From: Octopus vulgaris
Lineage: Eukaryota
Length of the DNA stretch: 64,000 nt
NCBI GenBank assembly: GCA_951406725.2
Contig: OX597814.1
Span: 224,812,001 to 224,876,000 of the forward strand
Reading direction: 5' to 3'
Shown here piece after piece: positions 1 to 14,695 of the stretch. The first letter of the stretch is position 1, and each line of letters opens with the position of its first letter. Both the position numbers and the translations under genes were made by a program. The notes beneath the pieces were generated by a model. That model was given only the letters and a program-made list of their open reading frames with translations. It ran no database searches and was not told where the DNA came from.

Positions 1-312
1 CTGAACCAGACTACGCCACCATTTTTGACAGGGGGAGATAATCAGTAACGACAAAGTATGACAAGTCTGACTCCCCTCGGCATCTTGATATATTTTCAAA
101 ACCAAAACATGACTGGGTTAACTGACCATAGTATCTTATCATTATCTTTATGGCATTAAAATAACATTACTGGTTACAATCACTTTGTTTGGATTATCAA
201 TGATGTAATTTTAGAAGTGGCGCTGGTAATCATCTTCCTGCCAACTATTATTTTTCTTTCTTTCCCCTTCTCCTTTGCTTGTATACTTTCTCTTTCTCTC
301 GTTTTACATACA

Positions 313-369
313 TATGTATGCATGTATGTATGTATGTATGTATGTATGTATGTATGTATGTATGTATAC

Positions 370-444
<75 letters not shown>

Positions 445-481
445 CATCCATCCATCCATCCATCCATCCATCCATCCATCC

Positions 482-546
<65 letters not shown>
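313..546. repeat. Compound tetranucleotide microsatellite (TATG)n-(TATC)n-(TCCA)n-(TATC)n
   Basis: Directly visible tandem units; explains the YVCM/YLSI ORFs. Confidence 0.97.
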
Positions 547-1713
547 ACTATATTCTTTCTATTTGCCCATCTATCTTTCTCCCCTTTTTATGTTTTTTTC
601 CTTCTATATAATTCAGTCGTTTGACAAGCTTTTTTATTTATTGTTTTCTAACACAATACAGAGAGAATTGCAGCTGCAAATTGGTAGCAAAGAAAGAAAA
701 TAAAAATTAAACAAAAGTAAGCAAAAACCACAGCCAAACCAGTCTAAGTAATACTGATGTAATCAGCAGAGATGTTTTATAATTTACAATTTAGTGCTGC
801 AGTTCTGCTCTCATATCCTCTCCTATGATTTACTCCAGGAGATCAAAATACCACCAGTATGAGGTAACAATAAAACAGCTTAATGAGATTGATGAAACAC
901 ATTGGTTGTCAGTTCATAATGATATGATAAGCAGGAAAAGTTTCGTTATTTTATTACAGTCTTCTGAAGAAGATAGTGAAATACATGGCATATCTCATTA
1001 TGTACTCAAATTCGCATCTAAAAAGAAGCATTTTTATCAAGTAAAATACGGCTAAACGACAATTTCAATATACGAATATCAGCAAAACTCAAGCTTCGGC
1101 TAAATGAAATTGTTCCTGCTGAAGTTTGGAGTCAAAACTTTATGTTCAGTGTCACCTCTTAAAAATATATTTGCATGAATTGGGTATTTTCCAGTAAGTT
1201 GTGTCTAAATTGATTCTAGCAAGATTTTTTTTTTGGGGGGGGGGGGAATAATTTCTTTTTGACGGTACCAAAAATGATTCTTTCTTCTTTTAAGATAATC
1301 TAACTTGGAAAACGTGAACGTGTCTGATAATCGAAATATCTCAAGTTCAACCTCCTTGGATGTTATCATATCCGAGTCACGCTCTCTAATCAAATTATAG
1401 ACAGCAGATTATTTGCAAATAACTTGCAGATATAAGTGCTGCCGGTTGAAAGCTCCACATACAGGACACTAGAAGTTTGTGGTGTCATCACCAGAGAATG
1501 TGCACCGTTTTGGGGGCATTCCTCGCCGATCAAATTATCAAAAGACAGATATTCTATATTTATCTTATATAGTTAAGAGGAAACGTCGAAATTGTAGAGA
1601 AAAACACTGGATTATTATTTACACTTCATTTTAAAGGAATTGCATGAAATAACATATTTCTCTTTATAAGAGAGATTGCATATTAACAACTGCAATTTCA
1701 ACTACGGTGAGTG

Positions 1714-1750
<37 letters not shown>

Positions 1751-3614
1751 TACGTACACACACATATATTTTGAAATGTCGCTGGGAGGCTAGGAGACAT
1801 TATGGAGAATGTATTCTAGTTAAGACGCTTAGACGCAAGCAAAAGCTGTGCTACTGATGCATATTCTAACATAAATTGAGCTGTTCACTCTATCCATTAC
1901 ATATATCAATGAGGATGGGAACTGTTCACTTTGTCATAGAAAAAGCAAATTAAGAATTGCTAATAATTCCAGGGAACAAAAAAGGGTGATAACTCACGAC
2001 ATTTTAGTTCATGGGCGTTGAAGAGAAGTGGGTAACCGCGTCTAACATCAGTTCCATTCAGCCTCTGACCCATGGACCTTAGTGTATCTTTGGTTCCTAT
2101 AGCTCATTTCTATCACTGAATATTCGGCCCTCTCGCCTAAATGCAATAGGATCATTATAAACTGGTAAACACTTCCACAAAAACAAAGAGCTTAGAGTAG
2201 TCGAGAGGAGAGATCGTAAAACCGTCTACTCATCAGCAATTCATACTATTCAAATGGCGCTGTGTTTCGTCAACTCTCAAGAAATTTAATTCTCAACTCC
2301 TCGGTTCAATTATCTGTAAACCTGTAAGTAGGTACCTATCGGAATGTTAAAGTCACGAATTAACTTAGTCGGTAGAGCGTCGAATAAAATATCTTGTAGT
2401 TTGATGCCAACTCAATACATTTTGAGTTCAAATCTCGCAAAGGTCAACTCTGTCTTTCAGTGTTTTGGGAGCGATAAATAAAATACCAGCCTGAAGCAGT
2501 GGAGTGTAAGAAGTTTTAATATTTAATGTGATATCTTTGGCACTGTGTTCCGGTCAATTGCATTGTGACAGCAGTGTTTGCCGTGCTACTGGTACCAAGC
2601 TGGATCGGATTTTGTTTTTCCCTTCCAGAATATCAGCAGCAGCGTAAAGAGGGGCGTAACTCGTATGTATTGGAAATATTAGTCTTCCACAAAACATCAT
2701 GCCTAGTCCTACGTTCTGGAGAAGAGAAACTTCCTTAGAGAAGCAGAACTTGCTTGGAGAATATTCATTGTCTCAGGTCACGTAGGGAGGCTGCAACACT
2801 GTAGAGTGGAAGAGTTTACAGTTGGGAGCGCTACAAATTCGTTGAAAATTTCTTAAGAATTAAAAATGTTGTATTCGGATCCTTTTGTCACTTAGGCCAA
2901 CAATGAACGTGGTAACATTGCGGTAAAACGGATAATATTATTGTAGCTACTCCAGGTTGGACTGCAAACCGGACGAATAACTACAATAAAACCCGAAATA
3001 TAGGAACTAAATTAATAAAAAAAGATTTCCTTTTGTACAAATGTATTTAAAGATTTGAAGGAAAGAAAAAAAGAAAGAAAAGAAACGTTTGCGTGATATA
3101 AGATCTATATAAGTAAAATGAATGCCATTTTTTCTTGAAGTAAGCAAGAGAAATATTTATCGAATGTGCACCTGACTTTATTTATATTTGCTTAATGATG
3201 CGTCTCTAACAACACACACCTTTAACACAGACCGGGATTTAAATTATACATCAGCTAGACGGGAAGACGTGATCTATATATAAGGTAAACTAAAATGAAT
3301 GTATTGAACGAGAGGGACGAATCAACGGAAAGGTCATTGCAGGACAAAGCACTAATGCGCACGCACGTAAGCACATGATAACACGCATATCTTTCTAATT
3401 TATTATCTTCCTCCTCCAAATAACTATGGCAGCCAAAATCCTTCATATCACATCTTAATGTTTTATAATAAAAAAAAAAAAAAATACACGTTAGATAATG
3501 AAGTTCAGGACACACTGTACCCGGAAAAAGATGAAATGGTCATGGCTGGACTACTTTTAAGTAAAGACATAATCGATCGTTATCGACTTGGAGCTAAATA
3601 GTAGCAACAATAAA

Positions 3615-3925
3615 GAAGCGCTCCGTCGGTTACGACGATGAGGGTTCCGGTTGATCCGAATCAACGGAACAGCCTGCTCGTGAAATTAACGTGTAAGTGG
3701 CTGAGCACTCCACAGACACGTGTACCCTTAACGTAGTTCTCGGGGATATTCAGCGTGACACGGCCGGCCCTTTGAAATACGGGTACAACAGAAACAGGAA
3801 GTAAGAGTGAGAGAAAGTTGTGGTGAAAGAGTACAGCAGGGATCACCACCATCCCCTGCCGGAGACTCGTGGAGCTTTAGGTGTTTTCGCTCAATAAACA
3901 CTCACAACGCCCGGTCTGGGAATCG
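3615..3925 (-). mobile_element. tRNA-derived SINE family C, 5'-truncated
   Basis: Shares blocks (GAGCTTTAGGTGTTTTCGCTCAATAAACAC; CGGAACAGCCTGCTCGTGAAAT; CTCCGTCGGTTA) with copies at 24355-25015 and 57410-57695; minus strand begins in a B-box-like TCGATTCCC. Confidence 0.75.
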
Positions 3926-4294
3926 AGTAGCAACAATAGTAGTAGCAGCAATAGATATATTTTTTTTATATTATTCTCCTCTTTTATTCAACCACCACAA
4001 GGTGGTTTGTATACCTCAATGAACCCGAGGGCTATGCCAGCAGAACGCAAGATCGGCAGCACAGACCAAAGGATAAGGATCTGACTATTATGGACCGATT
4101 CTTTCCTTAGGTAAAAATGGATTTGCATAAGGTTAATACTCATACCGAGAATGAAAAAAAAGAAAAGTTGCAGAACTATTGATGACAAATCAAAGCAAAC
4201 AAGATCTTGGAGAGGAAATTAAATTTGCTGTTTGTATGTTTACTACATGCACGCACGATCGCGCACACGAATGTATACACACGCATACACACAT

Positions 4295-4343
<49 letters not shown>

Positions 4344-4345
4344 GA

Positions 4346-5570
4346 TATGTTGGGGTCGGCCAAAGAAAAAATAACAGACTTTAAAAATCATATTTATTGT
4401 TTTGTATATAATTTGAAGTGTAGCTTTCAAAACAGTTCCTCTCTTACTACATCATCACTCATCGTTTCAACCAGTTTTGTAACACATCCCAGAGCGCTTT
4501 TTCAGGGCACTGCTCAGATATCGTGTCGAAATTTCTTCCCTCATTTCAATCATCTGAAATCTGTAACCTTTTAAGGTGGATTCACGGTTACATCTGAAGC
4601 GCAAGGTGGCTGGAAGACGGAAGTGGTTTTGTGCTTTGACCCAAGTCACAGATAGGCAAGGACGAGTGAGAAGGTGTATTGTCATGGTGGGACTTCCAGT
4701 TTTGTCTATATTTCAGGCCTCTTCTTTCAAACTACCTCTCTCAAATGGATCAGAGTATCTAGGCAAAACTATGAAAAAGAAACTGAAGATGAATGGTACC
4801 CTTCAAATCAAACAGGGTGATCAACAACATCTTCAGATTTAAGCGACCCCTGACGTGCTTTTTGGGTCGCAGCAGCGTCGATCCGACTCTCTGTTAAAAC
4901 TTCCCATTTGTTTTGACATCTTAGCCATACATTCGCGTTTCGCCACCAGCTATTGCACTTTTCCGGAAGCTTCCATTGGTAATTGAAAGACTGTCGAAGA
5001 ACACCTAGCAGACTGTGATACAGTTCTTGATTTTGTTTATCTGTCAGCATATGCGGCACAAATTCTGTGGCAACTCGATAAATTTTAATTTTCTTTTTAA
5101 ATCATATGCTACGAATACCTATATATGCTTCGGAAACTTCACAGTTAAGCTACAATTTTCATCGTAAAGTGATGCTTATCCTTTGCCGTGAAATATCCTC
5201 ATGATTGGGGCTCTTCTTCGGTGGTCCTGATCGGGACTTTGCGCACGATTCAAACAATCCTCCCCAGTGGCCTGCTGCAGCATTAGAAAGGACGCTGTAA
5301 AAGTTTTCCCCTAATTTGAAACGAAATTTTACAAAGAGACCTTGCTGTTCCAAGTCTTGTATTTTTCAGCCAGCGATTAATAATACAAGTGCAGTAAACA
5401 GACGTTCAACCCAGCAAGTGCAGATCGATGACTAACGCTAGGATGATGTAACTATTATTAGGCTCAAGGTTAACATCACCCATTCGTAGGATTGCAGTCG
5501 CGACCAGGCTGCGCTAACTAGTTAGCACGTTGGTTTAAATTTAAATTCTTTTTGGAGACATCTCATCTAT
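4346..5570 (-). mobile_element. Degenerate mariner (Tc1/mariner) transposon
   Basis: Minus-strand translation gives an N-terminal EQ..VKFRFKLG segment, an HHDN(A/T)PSH catalytic motif near 4690 and a C-terminal LKGYRF..IE segment; many stops and frameshifts; TIRs only weakly preserved. Confidence 0.75.
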
Positions 5571-6112
5571 ACATTTATAATGATACTTTTACTTCACCTC
5601 TGCTTAGCTATTCCATGGAATGATTAAGTATATTTAATTTTTCCTCGAAGTTGCTACAGTTTAAAGCCTTTTCGTAACAGGGGGAGTTATCTCTAAATAT
5701 TTGATAGTTAGTGGAAAGACTACACAATTTAAGTCAGACATTCATGGCTAGATTGCTTAATCTATTGCTAAGGTAGTTCGATAGTCTATGTATATCATTT
5801 TATGTTTCATTTAGTTTATGAAAAAGATAGTGTTGTGAATTAGAGTTAGCATAACCCAGGTTAGTCTGTATGGGTATTGTTAACCCTAAATTTTTAAAGA
5901 TGGAGTGTTCTTTCCAAGTTTCCTGTAAATCTGAGTTTGCGGTATCAAAAGTAGTGAAGCTTGTATGGTCTACCATTCTGGATATGAAACTTCAACTGAC
6001 TTTTAGAAGATAGTAATAAACCGAAGGTCGTTATCCTTTGGTGAGTTGCTCTCTCTCAAGCTTTCGTTGAATAACAGAATAAGACTTTTAAATTCTAATA
6101 GAACTGTTGTAA

Positions 6113-6518
<406 letters not shown>

Positions 6519-6978
6519 GCACATACAATGTTCCTGCTATTTTGATCGACAAGTGTACTCATAAATACGTTTATGTGTAAATGTTGTCCTTGTAAAGTAT
6601 ATACATATCTATGCAAGTCATCACCCAAGTAGTATGTGTATATTGAAATTAACTACTTTAATGCTATCTGCTCTATACAGCACTTCTAATCAGTACATCC
6701 ACTATTCAAACTTGTGTGACGTCAACAATGATGAGAAATGCTTCCCCAGAAAAAAAAAACAAAACAGATATCTTAAACAAACGAGCAATACTTTTAAGTG
6801 CCACCGTGAAAATAAGTTCATTGTTTCAAACAATGACAGAACTATAGAGCCAGATTTAACAAACACAAGCATAGGCCATTATACCATTCAAAACGGTAAC
6901 GTCTGGGAATATATCATTTATAAAAATAAGCGTGTACATAAGCATATAGATAATTGCACTTACATGTTTGTATGGATA

Positions 6979-7462
<484 letters not shown>

Positions 7463-8019
7463 ATGTATGTGTGTGTATAGTTTGTGTGTGTTTATATAAA
7501 AGGTGTTTCATATATTTGGCAGCGTTTGAACATTGAGCTGCAACTGTAGTCATTTTATATTAAAGTTATTCAAGAATTATCAGACCGAATGTGTATGAAA
7601 GAAATGTTTTACAGCACAGTCAGTGTTCCTTACTTTAGTTTTAATTCGTTCAGTATGAATTCAACAATGAGCCTAAAATTCTTGTGCGGTAATTTTGTTT
7701 TACAGCCAGGAGAAAAATATTAAAACAGAATATTTGAGATACAACATGTGTTGTTCAGATTGTTATTAAATGATTTGAGGAATTTATAGATAAAATAAAA
7801 CTTGTTTACAAATAATTGGTTGATGAAGTGAGAAATTATATTGAAAACAATAAAACTGTATTTGCAAAGAATGTCCTTGCGGTCTGTTACAGAAATAATA
7901 ACAAATATTAAATCTTCTGGGCAATTTTCCTTCCTCCTCCACACAAAAACCTGTAGTCTTCGGTCTAACTTGAATTGCATCAACCGCTTATCACAGACAC
8001 TCATCCATCAATGAGGGAT

Positions 8020-8400
8020 CCTCTATGCAGATGGCTAACCTGCTAAAAATAGCGACCAAATTTAATCCATGACACGTCTCCCGATACAAAAAAAGAATGG
8101 TCACATTTATTAATGCTCTAGATAGACAAAAGACAACTTTGTCACGGCTGAATCGACTTTGATTAAATGTCTTCTCAATCAGGGTTAATCTACAACAAGA
8201 GCAACCATGAAGAGTGCTTCTATGTGGTCGCTTGATCTGACAGAAATAGTAACCAAATCTCTCTCATAGCACACCTTGTTGCGAAAAGAAGACATTAGAT
8301 AATGTAGTCCCACTTACAGGGAACTTTAAAAACCCGGAATAATCATGACAAAAATACCTTTGATCATAAGTTTTCTCAGAGCGATCTTGGAGCTCACCTT
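8020..8400 (+). repeat. Two adjacent degenerate copies of an old dispersed repeat (CTATGTGGTCGCTTGATCTG..AGAAATAG..CCAAATCT)
   Basis: Same motif recurs near 31150, 39880, 42000, 44685, 55980 and 62765. Confidence 0.55.
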
Positions 8401-8657
8401 CACCGCTGCCACCACCACCAAATATAACAACATGTATAATTTCTCGCTAACCCATCTCTGCCGTCTAAGCTATGATCTATATTACAACACTGCTTTGAAT
8501 GTTTGTATCTGTCTGTATGTAGAATCCACTGCCCACCGGTCACTCTCACGGATATTGGCCACCAAGATATCCTATGAGTCAGGCTCGAACTCTTCATTCC
8601 TCTCGTTCCTCTAACTTAATTAGTTGATTCGATTTCTTCTCAAACTGCTCACTAATT

Positions 8658-8869
8658 ACTCTTTTACTTGTTTCAGTCATTTGACTGCGGCCATGCTGGA
8701 GCACTGCCTTTAATCGAGCAAATCGACCCCGGGACTTATTCTTTTGTAAGCCCAGTACTTATTCTATCGGTCTCTTTTGCCGAACCGCTAAGTAACGGAG
8801 ACATAAACACACCAGCATCGGTTTTCAAGCAATGCTAGGGGGACAAACACACACACACAAACATACACA

Positions 8870-8911
<42 letters not shown>

Positions 8912-9077
8912 TACGACTCGCTTCTTTCAGTTTCCGTCTACCAAATCCACTCACAAGGCTTTGGTCGGCCCGAGGCTATAGTAGAAGACACCTGCCCAAG
9001 GTGCCACGCAGTGGGACTGAACCCGGAACCATGTGGTTGGTAAACAAGCTACTTACCACACAACCACTCCTGCGCCT
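8658..9077 (-). mobile_element. tRNA-derived SINE family A, full length
   Basis: Near-identical to 6979-7462. Confidence 0.9.
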
Positions 9078-9730
9078 GATCTTGTTCAAGATAATTGTTC
9101 AACTATCTTGCACACGTCATAGAAGAAATCTATTTCACTCCATCTACTCACACTCACAACGTTTCTTAGCTTTTGCATATCCCAAGCATCAAATCTTTTA
9201 CAAATTTCAGCTACACGACGCACTCTCGAAAACTAACCATTTTTTTCATAATCTCCCTGACACGCATAATAGATTTGGTTTCTTTCTAATCTACAAAACC
9301 ACACTTTTACGTCACCGTTTCTATTCCCAACCGATTTTTAAAAACATTACGTAACCATGCTAAATCCCATATTTTCATATCGCACAACATATTTTCGAGC
9401 ATTTCAGGTCAGCAACCGGTTGTATCGTTGCTAGTTTTATGCTATCTAATAGCTACTGTTTAGTTGTCTTTAATATGCGACTGCTTTGTAATAAATGTGG
9501 CCCACTAACGACTTATCAGAGACAACTAAAGAAACAATAGAACCCATTCTCTTAGATACGTGCGTTTATTACATTCCTCACACAATGAAAATCTAGGATA
9601 GCAAATTTCACAACTTGTTCCAACACACCCTGCTACAGCTATATTGACAAAAACGTGTCTATCAGATCACCTGAGGAGAGCTTTTAATCGCTACTGCGAT
9701 GCCTGCAACACAACCATAAGAAAAAAAAAA

Positions 9731-9985
9731 CAACATCCTTAAACATCCCTTATTCAGGGACCTTTTAAGTGGGATGGGCTACTCGACCAGAAGAAAATTG
9801 TAACTGGGCCCCACCTGCAAGGTCATGCGCTGTTTATCTTGATATGAGATTACAATGTCGCGCACATATGGTTGTGATGCATGTGGCTGGTGTACTCTTA
9901 TCAGATGGGTAGTCAGGATGGGTATATTGGGCTTCGTACATTTTACCCCAGTGTCTCTTTCATAGCATGCACTGCTCTCTCACTC
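9731..9985 (+). mobile_element. 5'-truncated copy of the ~556-bp TAA-tailed non-autonomous element
   Basis: Matches the 3' half of 18512-19067; ends CTCTCTCACTC followed by (AAT)n. Confidence 0.9.
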
Positions 9986-10176
<191 letters not shown>

Positions 10177-12760
10177 GGGAGGAAGTACAGGGTGAAGAGA
10201 AAGGGAATCAATGTTGTGATTGAAGAACTAAAACAGAGTTTGAAAGCTAAAACACATAAACTAAAGAGATATGAACAGAGAATTGAGCAGTACAGATTAA
10301 ACAGACTTTTCGAACAAAATCAGTAACGAATCTACCAGAAACTGGATGGGAAAGAAAAATATGAAAAAGCCGTCCCGGATACTGAAGAAAGAAAAGATGC
10401 TGGTCAAACATATGGTCTCAAGAGAAACAACACGAAACTGAAGCAGAGTGGTTAAAGATATTCAAAGAAGAGAGTGGAGGGTATCAGCAGGAGGATTTGA
10501 GATTAACCGAGGAGATGATTAGAGATCAGTGCAAGAAAATTCCTAACTGGAAAGCGCCTGGCCTAGATGGGGTTCAGTGATTTTGGCTTAAAAACTTGAC
10601 AGCTCTGCACAAGAGAATTGTGAGGCAGCTAGACGAAATACTGAGTAGTGACATCAAAGTACCGGCCTGGATGACAAAAGGGAGAACGGTACTATGCCAG
10701 AAGGACCCAAGTAAAGAGAATGCAGTTGGAAATTTCCGACCAATATCTTGTTTGCCACTGATGTGGAAACTGATGATGGGTATCATATCAAACAGCATCT
10801 TTAAGTACCTAGATGAGAACGAGCTATTACCAGTAGGGAAAAAGGGTGTAGATGTAAGAGCAGAGGAATGAAAGATCAATTACTAATCGATAAGACTATC
10901 CTGGTTGACTACAAGAAGAGACACAGAGATTTTGCGATGGCATGGGTGGACAACAGGAAAGCATATGGCATGGCCCCACACTCGTGGATTATTGAATGCC
11001 TTCAACTGCTTAAGGTCTCACACAATATCCTGAAGTTTATACAAAATTCAATGACATTGTGGCAAACTGAAATCACAGTATGGGGAGATAAACTGGGAGA
11101 TATAAATATCAAAAGAGGAATCTTCCAAGGGGACAGACTGTCGACTCTCCTATTTGTTGTCTGTATACTGCCACAAACGAGCGTTTTAAGAAAAATGCGT
11201 GTGGGGTACATGCTAGGCAGAGTGAAAGTAAACAAACTGTGGTTTATGGATGACCTAAAGTTATTTGCTAAGCCTGAGACAGAAATTGAGCGTTTGGCGG
11301 CAACGGTGCAGATGATTAGCAAAGATATTGGCAGGGAATTTGGGATCGACAAATGTGGTGTAATGATTCTTAAAAGGGGGAAAATCAGTAAAAGCCATGG
11401 GATCAAGCTGGAAAGTGGTGAAGCTATAAAAAAAGTTGGAGAGGAAGGATAAAAGCAGGTGGGTTTCGTTGAAAGAGGTAAAATGAATGAACACAAGATG
11501 AAAGAAATGTAGAGGAAAGAGTATTTGAGGAGAATCCGGCTTGTGCTCCAATCGAAGTTAAATGCTGCTATAAGATTAGAGCAATTAACATGTGGGATGT
11601 TGCTTTGATGAGATATGGGGCAGGAATAGTATCTTGGAAGAAGCATGAATTACAAGAGAGAGACTGGAGAACACGTAAATTAATGACAATGATCAAGGAA
11701 CTACACCCTTAAGAGTGGTGTGCCAATATTATATGTAAAGAGGAAGAAAGGAGGACGGAGATTAGTGTGTTGTGAAAGCTGTGTAAGGGATGTGGAGAAT
11801 AGCCTGGCTTGGTATGTCAAGGGGAGTAAAAAGAAATGATTGAATCAGTGAAAATGCAGGAACCTTAAAAGTGAACAAAGCCGTAGATCCAACACAATTT
11901 AAGAAAAACCAGAGAAAGCAGATGAAAAAACTTTGGCAGGGCAAGAAAATGCACAGTCAGTTCTTGAAGTATAAGGATGAGATTGATTGGAATAAAACCC
12001 GGCAATGGTTGCAGAAAGGAAACTTAAAAGAGCTCACCGAGGCAGCGCTCAAGAACCAGCTCTCAGAACAAACTATTCCAAATAGCACATTGATAAAAGC
12101 ACTGACTCACCACAGTGTAGGATATGCTCTGAGAAGGGAGAAAGTATAAACCATATTGTTAGTGAGTGCTGCAAGCTCGCATAACGCGAATATAAAAGGA
12201 GACATGAAAATGTGGCCAGATATGTCCACCGGCTGTTGTACGGTAAAGCAAACCTCGAGAGAGCCGAACACAAGCCAGAGGGAGTAATGAAAAACGAACT
12301 CTGGGATTTTAACATGCAATGCGACCATAGAGGCAAGATGACCAGATGCCGTGCTCAACCATAGAGATGAAAAAGAAGTAAAGATAATAAATAGATGTTG
12401 CAATACCAGGCGATTCGAGGGTGAAAGGTAAGGAAACCGAAAAGATTGAGAAATACCGGCCACTGCGGGACGAAATAGGAAAGTTATGGGGGCATGATGA
12501 AAGTAATGGTGAAACCGGTGGCAATTGGAGCATTAGGGGCTGTTTCTAAGGGCTATGAAAAACGTATTAAGAATATTGAAGCTGCTGTCAGGCTCGAGGT
12601 GATCCAGAAGACAGCAGTGTTGGGTTCAGCTCGCATTCTAAGGAGAGAATTGTTTCTTTGAGTCACAGGAGAAGGCACTACATTGGTGATTTGTTGTTGC
12701 TTGCTTTCAAGTAAAGAATAACTGGTAATTAAGAACTCTCCGAGAGTCTTTCAAAATTAT
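10177..12760 (+). mobile_element. Degenerate 5'-truncated R4/Dong-clade non-LTR retrotransposon (RT-CCHC-RLE)
   Basis: ORF fragments NWKAPGLDG, NFRPISCLP, KDQLLIDK, MAWVD.RKAY, RGIFQGD.LS, FMDDLKL, CRIC..HIVSEC, RPD..IIDVAIP, GSARILRR; many stops; starts immediately after (TAA)n and ends in a short TAA tail. Confidence 0.92.
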
Positions 12761-12770
12761 AATAGTAATA

Positions 12771-13512
12771 ATCGCGGCTCGGGACCAGACATTGAATACC
12801 AACTCAGTGAAAAAGAATTGATACCCCCACAAGTGCATCGGACCTCTGCAGAATGTGTGGGAAGAGGGTCGAAAGTGCGACTCACATTGTTGGTGCTTGT
12901 GAAAGTCTTGCACAGAAAGAGTAGAAGCGTAGACACGGCAAAGTAGCTCAAAACCTCCACTGGCTACTAAGCCGTAAGTATGGATATGAGGTTATGGGTG
13001 CTTAGTAGCAACAAGCACCAGAAAAGGTAATAGACCAAAAGGGGAAAGCAAAAGTCCTCTGGGACATTGATTTCCGGACAGACAAAATGTTAGAGCACCG
13101 AAGGCTGGATATAGTAACCTATAGGAGGGACAAACAAGAGTGCCTAATAATCGACGTAGAAGTGCCAGGAGATCAACATATCATAATGAATGAAAGAGAA
13201 AAAGCTTGATAAATATGGAGGCCTGAGAATTGAGGTCGCTAAGATGTGGCAGCTACGAGGGTCGAACATAAAGGTTGTCCCTATTGTCATCGGAGCATTG
13301 GGTTCAATACCACCCAATCTGAAAACCTTAGAAATACCCTACAATCTAGATGTATAGCAAACGTCGGCATTACTTGTAACTGCACGCATATTGCTTAAAG
13401 TATTCTGTCTGTCTGTCTGAGGTCGTTGTTGCTACTTGACAAACAGTAAAAACCCCAGTAGATACAATAACTTCAAGCAATAATCTCACGATATTGTATA
13501 CTGTGCGACGTC
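12771..13512 (+). mobile_element. 3' fragment of a second R4/Dong lineage
   Basis: Translates to AARDQTLNT, CRMCGKRVESATHIVGAC, IIDVEVPGD, VVPIVIGALG, TARIL; 3' UTR runs into (TAA)n. Confidence 0.85.

Positions 13513-14693
<1,181 letters not shown>

Positions 14694-14695
<2 letters not shown>

Noticed and set aside
825-1393. Short ORFs and splice-like sites near the window start
   Set aside because: No recognisable domain or consistent reading frame across the candidate exons.
11002-12533. Several minus-strand ORFs up to 214 aa
   Set aside because: Antisense shadows of the plus-strand LINE coding sequence; likewise 14857-16318 and 22019-22753.
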